Shown here one piece after another: positions 32,222 to 41,878 of a stretch of 64,000 bases of DNA; the first letter of the stretch is position 1, and the number at the start of each line of letters is the position of its first letter. The translations under genes and the position numbers were made by a program. The notes under the pieces were generated by a model. The model searched no databases. It had not been told where the DNA came from and saw only the letters and a list, made by a program, of their open reading frames with translations. The DNA lies in NCBI GenBank assembly GCA_902540265.1, contig CACBLW010000001.1, positions 66,687 to 130,686 of the forward strand, read 5' to 3'. This stretch comes from an uncultured Alphaproteobacteria bacterium (GTDB lineage: Bacteria; Pseudomonadota; Alphaproteobacteria; HIMB59; GCA-002718135).

Positions 32222-34012
32222 TTATTGTTTATCTTTATTAATCCACCAAGACTCAATTACAATTCCGTAAAGTGGAATTTCATCTGGGTATTCAAAAAAA
32301 TCCCAATAAGCAATTCTGTCTTTGTTGCTATGATAAAGAGGAACAACATAGTGACCCCATAACAATACTCTATCAAGTGCGTGGATCGCCGTTGTCAATT
32401 CTTCTCTATTTGTTGCACTAATTAGTTTTTCAATTAATGCATCAACTGCTGGACTATTGATACCAGGATAATTTCTGCTTCCATCTTTTTGACCAACTTC
32501 TGATCCCCAATAAAATTGTTGCTCATTTCCTGGGCTTAAACTGACTCCCCAATATCTTTTAATCATATCAAAATCATAACTTAACAAACGTTCTTGATAC
32601 TGTGATGAATCAACAGTTCTTACGTCCATTGTAATGCCAAGTTTTTTTAAATTACTTTGATAGGCTAAGGCAATTTTCTCATCAGATGGACTGACAATCA
32701 AGAACTCAAACTTGAATTCTTTTCCATCTTTTACCAGTTTTCCATTTTCAACAAACCATCCCTCTTTTTCAAGTATTTCTTTTGCTTTCAATAAATTTTT
32801 ACGGTCATTACCACTGCCATCCGTAATAGGTGGAGTAAATGTTTCCGTAAATACCTCTGCTGGAATTTCATCTTTCCATACATTCAACAATTCTAACTCA
32901 TTTTTTGATGGTAAGCCTGAAGAAGCTAATGGTGAATTATCAAAATAACTATCTGTTCTCACATAAGCATTTTGATATATCGTTTTATTAATCCATTCAT
33001 GATCATAGGCATAACTTAAAGCAAGTCTTACATTTCTATTATTAAATATGTCACGTCTTGTATTCATCACAAGACCATTCATTCCAACAGGTCTATCGTT
33101 ATTCATTTCTGTCAATATTACTTCACCATTCTGGACAGCTTTGAAATCATATTCTGATAACCAACGTTTAACATTGTACTCTCTTCTAAAGTCGTATTCA
33201 CCAACCTTAAAAGCTTCAACTAAGACATTTGAGTCTTTGTAATAATCATAAATAATTGTATCAAAATTATAGAGACCTTTATTTACCGGTAAATCTTTTG
33301 CCCAATAATTTTCAACGCGTTTGTATTTTATTTGACGTCCTGGATCGAGACTATCAACTTGGTATGGACCACTGCCTAGAGGAATATCTAAAAATGTTTT
33401 TGTAACATCAAGATTTTCATAAAACTTTTTTGGAATGATCGGAAGAAAGCCTGCAATAATAAGAGGTAATTCTTTATCTTCATTATTTTCAAAAATCATT
33501 TTTATTCCATCATTTCCAATCAATTCAGTTTTAATAACTTTGCCATAAGTTTTTTTCTGATTTGGAGTACCTTTTGTTTGAAACGTTTCTAGACTAAACA
33601 ATACATCATCGCGTGTTATTGGTGAGCCATCATGAAAGGTTGCATTTGCATTTAAATAAAAAGTTATAGATGATCTATCTTCAGGCAATTCTACTTTTTC
33701 AGCTATTAAACCATAGAGAGAGAATGCTTCATCCCATACTCTTCTCATTAACGTATCATTAACATACCCAAGTCCAGCAGCTTTAGAACCTTTAAATGCT
33801 ACTCTATTAAGATTATCAAAAGAACCATATGATCCAAATTTTACCGTCCCACCTTTAGGTGCATTTGGGTTTACATAATCTAGATTTTCAAAATCACTGG
33901 CATACTTTGGTGTTCCATGCATTGCAATACCGTGAACTTTTTCACTGTACGCATGTTTGTTAAGTGCAATTATTGAAGTTAAAATGGCAAATGCGATTAG
34001 AAATTTTTTCAT
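32222..34012 (-). CDS. ABC substrate-binding protein, family 5 (peptide/YejA-like), orphan
   Basis: 596 aa with a signal peptide and family-5 SBP architecture (..FHDGSPIT.DDV..). No cognate permease lies adjacent. Confidence 0.8.
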   Translation of the reverse strand: MKKFLIAFAILTSIIALNKHAYSEKVHGIAMHGTPKYASDFENLDYVNPNAPKGGTVKFGSYGSFDNLNRVAFKGSKAAGLGYVNDTLMRRVWDEAFSLYGLIAEKVELPEDRSSITFYLNANATFHDGSPITRDDVLFSLETFQTKGTPNQKKTYGKVIKTELIGNDGIKMIFENNEDKELPLIIAGFLPIIPKKFYENLDVTKTFLDIPLGSGPYQVDSLDPGRQIKYKRVENYWAKDLPVNKGLYNFDTIIYDYYKDSNVLVEAFKVGEYDFRREYNVKRWLSEYDFKAVQNGEVILTEMNNDRPVGMNGLVMNTRRDIFNNRNVRLALSYAYDHEWINKTIYQNAYVRTDSYFDNSPLASSGLPSKNELELLNVWKDEIPAEVFTETFTPPITDGSGNDRKNLLKAKEILEKEGWFVENGKLVKDGKEFKFEFLIVSPSDEKIALAYQSNLKKLGITMDVRTVDSSQYQERLLSYDFDMIKRYWGVSLSPGNEQQFYWGSEVGQKDGSRNYPGINSPAVDALIEKLISATNREELTTAIHALDRVLLWGHYVVPLYHSNKDRIAYWDFFEYPDEIPLYGIVIESWWINKDKQ

Positions 34013-34080
34013 AGATATATCCTATCAAAAAAAAGACAGATTTGTAATGAAATATAAATTTAAAAAATTATATAAATAGA

Positions 34081-34488
34081 ATGCAAACCCTTAAATTAAT
34101 TTCGGTACTTATAACATTATGTATTGGACATAGTATTCATGCAGCAGAAGTTGATATTTTTAAAGGTATGAAACTATATGCTGAAAATTGTGCAGGGTGT
34201 CATATGGGTAATTTAGCAGGTCATGAAGAGTGGGATAAATCGTTAGATGAAGATGGTCATAGAAGAGCACCTCCTCTTAATGGCACTGGGCACACTTGGC
34301 ACCACTCTCCTGCACAATTATTTCATGTTATAAAATATGGTTTTAAAAAATCAAATCCTGATTATGAAGGTAAAATGCTTGGTAATGATGCGTTATCAGA
34401 TGAAGATGTTTGGTCTATTCTTGAATTTATCAAAAGTACATGGCCAGAAAAAATACTAAATAAATATAACTCCCATTTTAAAAGCTAA
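34081..34488 (+). CDS. Monohaem c-type cytochrome
   Basis: 135 aa with a signal peptide and a single CAGCH haem-binding motif. Confidence 0.75.
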   Translation: MQTLKLISVLITLCIGHSIHAAEVDIFKGMKLYAENCAGCHMGNLAGHEEWDKSLDEDGHRRAPPLNGTGHTWHHSPAQLFHVIKYGFKKSNPDYEGKMLGNDALSDEDVWSILEFIKSTWPEKILNKYNSHFKS

Positions 34489-34539
34489 GATTATTAAAGC
34501 AAATCTTCAATTTTAATATTTAAGATATATATTATTATT

Positions 34540-35457
34540 ATGAAAATTTTAGGATCTGAAATCACACCCTATAAGACATATTTAAATAGACGTAAGTTTA
34601 TAAAAGGATCTTTAGCTAGCGCCATGCTAGCAACGGTTACCTCATCAGCATTTGCAAACCACGATAGTGATCTTTCAATTTATACTAAAAATCTAAATGA
34701 AAACGACAAACTTAATTCTTACGAAGAAATCACAACGTACAATAATTTTTATGAATTTGGGACTCATAAAAAACATCCGCATTTAAACTCTGGAAATTTT
34801 AAACCTAGACCATGGACAATAAAAATAGATGGTCTCGTGAAAAAACCTCAAACATTTGACTTAGAAAAAATTTTATCAAATGTAACAATAGAAGATAGGG
34901 TTTATCGATTGAGATGTGTTGAAGCATGGTCCATGGTTATTCCTTGGCAAGGTTTTCAGTTATCCGAACTTATAAAAATGGCTGAACCTTTAAGTTCAGC
35001 AAAGTATGTTCAATTTGTAACTGTGTTCAGACCGGAAGAAATGCCAGGTCAGCAAAAGAGAACAATTATTTGGCCATATAGAGAAGGGCTTCGAATGGAT
35101 GAGGCAATGAATCCTCTAACAATATTAGCAACTGGATTGTATGGCCATGAAATGCCTAATCAAAATGGTGCACCCATAAGATTAGTTGTTCCATGGAAGT
35201 ATGGTTTCAAATCAATTAAATCAATTGTGGAAATTAGATTTTTAGATACTCAACCTGAAACATCCTGGGAAACTTTAGCTCCTTGGGAATATGGTTTTTA
35301 TGCCAATGTTAATCCTAAAGTAAACCATCCAAGATGGAGTCAAGGAACAGAAAGACGAATTGGAGAGTTTAAAAGAAGAGAAACACTAATGTTTAATGGC
35401 TATGAAAAAGAAGTAGCACATCTCTATAAAGATTTAGATTTGACTAAATTTTATTAA
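34540..35457 (+). CDS. msrP: Protein-methionine-sulfoxide reductase catalytic subunit (molybdopterin, YedY)
   Basis: 305 aa with a Tat signal (NRRKFIKG). Motifs YNNFYEFG, RLRCVEAWS and NGAPIRLVVPWKYGFKS are present. Confidence 0.9.
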   Translation: MKILGSEITPYKTYLNRRKFIKGSLASAMLATVTSSAFANHDSDLSIYTKNLNENDKLNSYEEITTYNNFYEFGTHKKHPHLNSGNFKPRPWTIKIDGLVKKPQTFDLEKILSNVTIEDRVYRLRCVEAWSMVIPWQGFQLSELIKMAEPLSSAKYVQFVTVFRPEEMPGQQKRTIIWPYREGLRMDEAMNPLTILATGLYGHEMPNQNGAPIRLVVPWKYGFKSIKSIVEIRFLDTQPETSWETLAPWEYGFYANVNPKVNHPRWSQGTERRIGEFKRRETLMFNGYEKEVAHLYKDLDLTKFY

Positions 35458-35460
35458 TGA

Positions 35461-36066
35461 ATGTTTTCAACAAGAAATTTTAATCGCAGTAAACCTGTTT
35501 TATTTATTTTAATTCTATTTCCTAGTCTACTCTGGGCGTACCAATTTGTTACTGGGAATCTTGGAGTAAATCCAATTGAAAAACTAATGGATGAGTTAGG
35601 TCTAATGGCACTTAGATTAATAATAATAACTCTTATGATTACTACTCTATCAAATATTAAACCTTTAAAATCGATAGTTGTATTACGAAGAATGATTGGA
35701 CTTTTTGCTTTCTTTTATGTTTGTTTGCATTTCTCCACTTATATAGTTTTAGATCATTTTTTAGATATGAAATTTATCATACAAGATATTATAAAAAGAC
35801 CATTTATAACTTTTGGTTTTATAAGTTTTCTTTTTTTAATCCCACTTGCTAGCACTTCAACAAACAATATGATTAAACGATTAGGTTTTAAATTATGGAA
35901 GAAAATTCATTATTTAATTTACCCAGTAGCCATTCTGGCTAGTATGCATTTTTATGTTTTAGTTCGTGCTGATAAAACTGAACCAGTCATTTATATGGGA
36001 ATAATTATCCTCTTATTACTTCACAGAATATTTAAAAGACTTACTCGTCCTCAGTTGGCTCAGTAA
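35461..36066 (+). CDS. msrQ: Protein-methionine-sulfoxide reductase haem-binding membrane subunit (YedZ)
   Basis: 201 aa with 5-6 TM segments and conserved His residues. It lies directly downstream of msrP. Confidence 0.85.
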   Translation: MFSTRNFNRSKPVLFILILFPSLLWAYQFVTGNLGVNPIEKLMDELGLMALRLIIITLMITTLSNIKPLKSIVVLRRMIGLFAFFYVCLHFSTYIVLDHFLDMKFIIQDIIKRPFITFGFISFLFLIPLASTSTNNMIKRLGFKLWKKIHYLIYPVAILASMHFYVLVRADKTEPVIYMGIIILLLLHRIFKRLTRPQLAQ

Positions 36067-37279
36067 CGGGGTTCATTTCCATACCGGCAGGACTAATATT
36101 TCGTGGTAAAGGATTATATTGTGATTCAAGATCTCGAGGTTTAGTTCTTTGAGTCATTCTATACAAACCAAAAAGTCCTAGTAGTCCGTGTATTAAAAAT
36201 AAATAGATATAAAAACCTACCGCTCCCAAAATTTCCATGAAAGTAGAAACAAACAAAGGTCCGATAATTGATCCAATACCAATAAGTATACCAAAGGTTG
36301 CACTTGCTGATACTATCTCATTAGGTTGTAAGAAGTCATTTGTATGAGCAACTGTAAGTGAATACATTGGTAAACATGCAACTGAAAAAAGACCAGTAAA
36401 AATCAAGAATAATGTTAGCGGCATAAAGTTTGCAAAAACAAAAAATAAACTTAAACCTGAAGCCATAAAAGAAACACCAATAAGAATAACACGTCTATCA
36501 ATTCTATCCGACAAATATCCAATAGGCCATTGAGATAGGGCACCAGCTGATGTTATAATCATCATATACAGAGAAATTTCAAATAAGCTTAAATTAATAG
36601 ATGAAGCATAAATTGCACCGTACCCAAAAACTGCACTATGCGATAAACCAGTTGCTAAGGCACCAACAAAACCTAAAGGTGAAACAGTATAAAATTCTCT
36701 TAAAGAAAAAAATTTAGGACTTTCTGTATTAGGTTGTTCTGTTGAAGATAAAAGAATAGGAAGAAGTGCGAATGATAGTAAGATTGATACTAAAATAAAT
36801 AAATCAACTTTAGCAGGATCACCTAAATTTAATAAAAATTGCCCTGCTCCAACAAACACAAAAGTAATAATCATATAAACGGAAAGTAATTGACCGCGAG
36901 TTTGATTAGTTGATTTTTCATTCAACCAGCTCTCCATAATGACATAAATTCCAGCAAGACTTAAACCAGTTAATATTCGTATAAACATCCATGAATAAGG
37001 ATGCACAAATACTGAGTGTAATAATATAGCGATAGAAGCAAGCGATGCTAAAGCGGCAAAAACTCTTATGTGACCAACACGTTGTAAAAAACTTGGAATT
37101 GTTAACGCGCCAGTTAAGTATCCAACGTAATAACCAGCTATAATAAGTCCTGATGCAAAAAAACTAAAACCCTCTAAAACAGAACGAACACCAATTAGTG
37201 TTCCTTGCAAACCGTGACCAAGACTAATTAAAGCAAAGCCAAAAAAAAGGGCCCAAGTGTTTTGTAGTACCTTAAACAT
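36041..37279 (-). CDS. MFS transporter
   Basis: 412 aa with 12 TM segments. Its 3' end overlaps msrQ convergently. Confidence 0.8.
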   Translation of the reverse strand: MFKVLQNTWALFFGFALISLGHGLQGTLIGVRSVLEGFSFFASGLIIAGYYVGYLTGALTIPSFLQRVGHIRVFAALASLASIAILLHSVFVHPYSWMFIRILTGLSLAGIYVIMESWLNEKSTNQTRGQLLSVYMIITFVFVGAGQFLLNLGDPAKVDLFILVSILLSFALLPILLSSTEQPNTESPKFFSLREFYTVSPLGFVGALATGLSHSAVFGYGAIYASSINLSLFEISLYMMIITSAGALSQWPIGYLSDRIDRRVILIGVSFMASGLSLFFVFANFMPLTLFLIFTGLFSVACLPMYSLTVAHTNDFLQPNEIVSASATFGILIGIGSIIGPLFVSTFMEILGAVGFYIYLFLIHGLLGLFGLYRMTQRTKPRDLESQYNPLPRNISPAGMEMNPVTEPTEDE

Positions 37280-37301
37280 CTTCTAAATTTTTATTGAAAT
37301 T

Positions 37302-37655
37302 TTAGTATTCTTCTTCGCCGTCGTCTTTAGGCTTAATACCTTCAGCTATTGGATCAATTTCTGTTTCGTCTTCTAATAAAACAGTATCATCCTCAAGATT
37401 GTCTTCATTGTTATCTACATCAAAACTATCAATATCAAGATCATCATCTTTTTCTTTTGGTTTTGGAGGAATTGGATTTGCGAGAGGCGCCGCATTTGTA
37501 CTTCCTGGTTTTCTACCTCTACGTGGTCTGGCTAAGGTTGTTACCTCAATTTCTTTACCACATTCAGGACAATCCATTTTATCTAAATTAAGATCATAAT
37601 ATTGTATCTTATTACACGGACACGTTCTTTTTAAACCCCAAGATTCTTTGTACAT
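37302..37655 (-). CDS. TIGR02300-type zinc-ribbon protein with acidic tail (alphaproteobacterial FYDLN family)
   Basis: WGLKRTCPCNKIQYYDLN..CPECG is followed by a basic and then a poly-acidic tail. I take the start at M16 (ATG at 37655) by comparison with the family N-terminus. Confidence 0.7.
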   Translation of the reverse strand: MYKESWGLKRTCPCNKIQYYDLNLDKMDCPECGKEIEVTTLARPRRGRKPGSTNAAPLANPIPPKPKEKDDDLDIDSFDVDNNEDNLEDDTVLLEDETEIDPIAEGIKPKDDGEEEY

Positions 37656-37657
37656 TT

Positions 37658-37819
37658 CTACTCTTCTTTTCTTATAAATATTTTGCCGCAATAACCACAA
37701 ACAATTTTGTTCTCATTATTGAAGGTATAATAAACTGCGGGATGTCCTAAACCATCTTCACCACCATCGCAAGAGATAGTTTCGGTTTTTGGATCTACTT
37801 CCACAATATCCTCAGTCAT
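37658..37819 (-). CDS. Unlisted 53-aa zinc-finger (CHCC-type) protein
   Basis: My own translation of the minus strand gives MTEDIVEVDPKTETISCDGGEDGLGHPAVYYTFNNENKIVCGYCGKIFIRKEE*. The C..HP..Y...CxYCG pattern resembles zf-CHCC / NDUFS6-like proteins. Its stop lies 2 nt before the next ATG. It falls below the ORF-track size cutoff. Confidence 0.6.
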   Translation of the reverse strand: MTEDIVEVDPKTETISCDGGEDGLGHPAVYYTFNNENKIVCGYCGKIFIRKEE

Positions 37820-37863
37820 AAAAATTATATAAAATTTTCGTGCAAAAAGTCTATATTTTTTCC

Positions 37864-38712
37864 TTATAGAATTTGAAAATAAACAACCGAAATACCACTC
37901 ACTATTAAAATAGAAGGTATTATTCGAGATTTTGCATTCTTCTCAAATAAAAAAAGCATTCCAATAATTGCAGCAAACACAATGCTTATTTCTCTAATAC
38001 TAGAGACATAAGCTATTTCTATAAATTGCATACTCCAAACAACAATTGCGTAACTACTTGTTGCAAAGACACCAGCAGCAATCCCCGATATAAAAGTGTA
38101 CGTTTCTTTTTTTCGTAAACCATCTTTTGAGATCAAACCAATAATTAGTAAAGGTATTCCATTAAGTGTGAAGAGCCAGTAAATATAGGAAAAACCATTT
38201 TCAGAAAGCCTAACCCCAACCCCGTCAACTAAAGTGTAAGCAGTAATTAGAATAGCCGTTGATATCGCGAGAGCAAAACCTCTAAAGTTAAAAGATAAAT
38301 TTTTAGCATAAGAAATTAAAAATAATCCAATACAAACAATTAATATTCCAACAAAACCAGCAACACTAATATCAGAACTTAAAAATAAAATACTAATGAT
38401 TGCTACAAACAAACATGAACTTCCTCTAGAAATTGGATATATGTAAGAGAGATCACCGTACCTATAAGAATAAATTACATTTAATCTATAAATGACATGA
38501 ATGATAACGGTTGCAATTAAAAAATACCAAACCTCTAAAGTTGGAAATGGAACAGTAAATGTTAAAGGTAAAAAAATAGTAACTTCTAAGACAGATGTTA
38601 TACCCATTAAAGATAATGGGTTCTTACTTGATTTTATTATAGCACTCCAAACTGCATGACATAGAGCAGAAACAAGAATTAAGATAAAAATAAAATTTAC
38701 TGACAATGTCAT
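37864..38712 (-). CDS. DMT/EamA-like membrane transporter
   Basis: 282 aa and polytopic. It lies 14 nt downstream of the ABC permease gene on the same strand. Confidence 0.7.
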   Translation of the reverse strand: MTLSVNFIFILILVSALCHAVWSAIIKSSKNPLSLMGITSVLEVTIFLPLTFTVPFPTLEVWYFLIATVIIHVIYRLNVIYSYRYGDLSYIYPISRGSSCLFVAIISILFLSSDISVAGFVGILIVCIGLFLISYAKNLSFNFRGFALAISTAILITAYTLVDGVGVRLSENGFSYIYWLFTLNGIPLLIIGLISKDGLRKKETYTFISGIAAGVFATSSYAIVVWSMQFIEIAYVSSIREISIVFAAIIGMLFLFEKNAKSRIIPSILIVSGISVVYFQIL

Positions 38713-38726
38713 CAGTAGATAAGAAT

Positions 38727-39620
38727 TTACTTCATGCCTGTCAAAGTAATTCCTTCAATAAATCGTTTTTGCGCGATTATAAAAGCAACAATAAGAGGAA
38801 CTGTTACTGTAACTATCGATGCCATCATTGGACCAAATTCGTCACTATCAATTCCACCTCTAAATTCTCTTATACCAAGCGGCGGAGTAAAGAGATCTCT
38901 ATTTCCTGTTATTACCATACGAGGCCAGAAATAATCATTCCAGTGTGCAACAACTGAGAATATTGCAAAAGCAAGTAATGCTGGTATTGCAGTTGGAAGC
39001 ATTACTTTCCATACGATTGCGTACTCTCCCATGCCGTCCATCCTGGCGGCATCAATTAATTCATCAGGCACAGTCATAAAAAATTGCCGCATTAAAAAAA
39101 TTCCAAACACCGATATGGTCCAGGGAAGTATCAAGGCGGAATAGGTGTCAACTAATCCTGCCTGGGCCAACATAACATACAATGGAAGCGCAATTCCATG
39201 AACTGGAATGAGCAAGCAAAATAAAACCATTGAGAAAACAAATTCTCGCCCGTAAAACCGTAACTTAGCGAGTGCATACGCGCACGGTAAGGCGACTAAA
39301 ACCTGAATAATGAAGATTGATAAAGTAACAATGACACCATTCATTAAGTATCTAGGAATAGGCGCTTTTTCAAAAGCAAACCAATAGTTGTATTGATATG
39401 GCTTCATTGTACATGTTTCTTCTGAATAACCAGTTTTAACACATACAGGAAACGTTTGAGTTTCTTGCGCACCAATAAGACCACCAGAAATTGATTGGAT
39501 TTCTTGCTGAGATTTTAATGACATTGAAACCATCATATAAAAAGGGAGCATCACTACGATAGCACCAATAATTAAGATTGCATGCTTCCAACCTTCCCCA
39601 ATATATTGTTTAGCTTCCAT
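38727..39620 (-). CDS. CUT1-family ABC permease (UgpE/MalG-like)
   Basis: 297 aa with the EAA loop DAARMDGMGEYAIVWKVMLP. Confidence 0.85.
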   Translation of the reverse strand: MEAKQYIGEGWKHAILIIGAIVVMLPFYMMVSMSLKSQQEIQSISGGLIGAQETQTFPVCVKTGYSEETCTMKPYQYNYWFAFEKAPIPRYLMNGVIVTLSIFIIQVLVALPCAYALAKLRFYGREFVFSMVLFCLLIPVHGIALPLYVMLAQAGLVDTYSALILPWTISVFGIFLMRQFFMTVPDELIDAARMDGMGEYAIVWKVMLPTAIPALLAFAIFSVVAHWNDYFWPRMVITGNRDLFTPPLGIREFRGGIDSDEFGPMMASIVTVTVPLIVAFIIAQKRFIEGITLTGMK

Positions 39621-40576
39621 TAATAATGAACCCTCTTCTCAATGACATATCTTTGGAAAAACGTTAACACAAGAATAAATCCAATAAAGACAACAGTGAT
39701 TGCTGCACCGATACTTGTTAAGTTTTGTTGAATAGCTTTTTCAAAGATTGCATACATCATGACATATGTTGTTTTTGATGGACCACCTTTAGTAAGTATT
39801 TCGATAGTATCAAATACCTGAAATGTTCTAATGGTAGTAATAGTCACAACAAACAACGTTGTTGGACCAAGCATTGGCCATGTAACAAGTTTAAATTGCT
39901 CCCATGTAGATTTAGCACCATCCATTTCTGCAGCTTGGTATAACTCTCTTGGTATACTTGTTAAGCCAGCTAAATATAAAACCATGTTAAAACCAAAAGC
40001 CTGCCAAATTCCTATGAAACATACTGTCCAAATCGCAGTATTTTTTTGCTTTAACCAATATGGAAAATCCATGTTGTTTGCACATGCTACAGCATACCAA
40101 CTTTCTTGTGAGTCTACCCATGGCAACCAATGAAAACCAAGAATGAATTCCCTAACTCCCCCACACCCATTTGCTAAAAAACTATTTACAATTCCTAATG
40201 TTGGATGAAGAGTAAATTCCCATGCAATTGCCATTGCAAGAAGAGTTGCCATAACTGGAAGAAAGAAAATTGTTTTATATATATCAGCGCCAAATCTTAG
40301 TGAATTTAAGAGCATAGCAGCACATAATCCAAGTACAACAGAAATTGGAACGACAACAATAACATACGTCGCTGTGGCCCAAATCATTTTGACATATGTT
40401 TTTCGATTGAACATTTTGTCATAATTTTCTAGTCCAACCCACTCGAATGTTTTGTTTCCTAAATTATAGTCAGTAAAAGAAATTCCTCCTGCAAGAAAAA
40501 GAGGAAAGATTAAAATAATTATCATCAGTATGATTGCTGGTGCAATAAACCATATGTGAGCTTTTGAATTATGCAT
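39620..40576 (-). CDS. CUT1-family ABC permease (UgpA/MalF-like)
   Basis: 318 aa with the EAA loop QAAEMDGAKSTWEQFKLVTWPML. Confidence 0.85.
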   Translation of the reverse strand: MHNSKAHIWFIAPAIILMIIILIFPLFLAGGISFTDYNLGNKTFEWVGLENYDKMFNRKTYVKMIWATATYVIVVVPISVVLGLCAAMLLNSLRFGADIYKTIFFLPVMATLLAMAIAWEFTLHPTLGIVNSFLANGCGGVREFILGFHWLPWVDSQESWYAVACANNMDFPYWLKQKNTAIWTVCFIGIWQAFGFNMVLYLAGLTSIPRELYQAAEMDGAKSTWEQFKLVTWPMLGPTTLFVVTITTIRTFQVFDTIEILTKGGPSKTTYVMMYAIFEKAIQQNLTSIGAAITVVFIGFILVLTFFQRYVIEKRVHY

Positions 40577-41702
40577 TAGTAAATTGAACTCTCATTCCTA
40601 CTTGATTAAATAGTAATGCTTTATCTGAAACTCTTTTAATATTCACACTAGAACCGTTTGAAATTTGGTGTGTCAATTGTGGCAAGCCCCTTACAATTAT
40701 TTTATTTGAACCGTCTTCAATATTTACATGAAAGAAAATATCTGAACCTAAATTTTCTCTATATGCAACTGTTCCACTAAATGTATTTTCATTACTTTCA
40801 TTTGTAATTTCTAAATGTTCTGGTCGAATACCAATATGTAAATCTGTATTACTTTCAGAACTTTTTCTTTTTAAATTAACGTTGAGAAAACTTACTGTCC
40901 CACTTGAGTCCGAAGTTCCTTTAAATATATTTATTTTTGGACTTCCAACAAACTGAGCCACACTTAATGAGGAAGGATTGTCATATACTTCTTGAGGTGT
41001 ATCAAGTTGTAATAAATTTCCATCAATCATAACAGCCATTCTAGAAGACATAGTTAATGCTTCTGCTTGATCATGTGTAACGTACACAAAAGTAGTTTTA
41101 AGTGAATTATGAAGTTCAGATAGTTCAGATCGCATGTGAACTCTCAAAGCAGCATCTAAATTTGAAAGAGGTTCATCCATTAAAAAGGCAACAGGCTCTC
41201 TAACCATAGCACGACCAAGAGCAACTCTTTGTCTTTGACCACCTGACAATTGTCCAGGTTTTCTATCTAATAGTTCTGAAATTTTTAGAGTTTCAGAAGT
41301 TTTATTTACTAATTGATTTATAGATTCTGTTTTCTCTTTTTTGCTTGGTGAAAAATTACCAATTAAGGGAAGTCTTTCAAATGCATTATAATCTCTAAGT
41401 CTTAATGGAGTTTCCAAATTTCTTCTTACTGTAAGATGAGGATAAAGAGCATATGACTGGAATACCATTGCCAAATCTCTTTCACTGGCTCTAACTCTAT
41501 TTACATTTTTATTATCTATTAATACATCACCTGAAGTCTGCTGTTCCAATCCTGCAATTATTCTAAGTAATGTAGATTTACCACAACCAGATGGACCAAC
41601 TAACGTTAAGAATTCTCCATCGTTTATATCAACATTCAAATTATTCAGTACTTGGGTAGACCCAAATGACTTTGAAATATTTTTAAGTGATATTGTCCCC
41701 AC
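40569..41702 (-). CDS. ABC ATPase, UgpC/MalK type with C-terminal regulatory domain
   Basis: 377 aa with GPSGCGKST, LSGGQRQRV and FLMDEPLSNLD motifs. It has a GTG start with a GGGGGA RBS. Confidence 0.9.
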   Translation of the reverse strand: MGTISLKNISKSFGSTQVLNNLNVDINDGEFLTLVGPSGCGKSTLLRIIAGLEQQTSGDVLIDNKNVNRVRASERDLAMVFQSYALYPHLTVRRNLETPLRLRDYNAFERLPLIGNFSPSKKEKTESINQLVNKTSETLKISELLDRKPGQLSGGQRQRVALGRAMVREPVAFLMDEPLSNLDAALRVHMRSELSELHNSLKTTFVYVTHDQAEALTMSSRMAVMIDGNLLQLDTPQEVYDNPSSLSVAQFVGSPKINIFKGTSDSSGTVSFLNVNLKRKSSESNTDLHIGIRPEHLEITNESNENTFSGTVAYRENLGSDIFFHVNIEDGSNKIIVRGLPQLTHQISNGSSVNIKRVSDKALLFNQVGMRVQFTNA

Positions 41703-41878
41703 TCATTCCCCCTGTATCTTAACTTTAATCTACAAAATTTTATTAAATTTGAGAATATTTTAAATCTATTTATTTCAGTTTTATTTCAATTTTATTAACA
41801 AATATTCAAATTATGATTGAGTTTAACTAGCAGATAACTATAAATTCGTATTTTTAATAATATATATTAGTTGAATTC

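Noticed and set aside
41712-41729. Pho-box-like CTGTATC-TTAA-CTTTAAT
   Set aside because: It is a formally good 7-4-7 match. However, it overlaps the RBS region of the minus-strand ATPase gene and lies about 150 nt upstream of the phnA start codon, which is an implausible activator position. I keep it only as a note.
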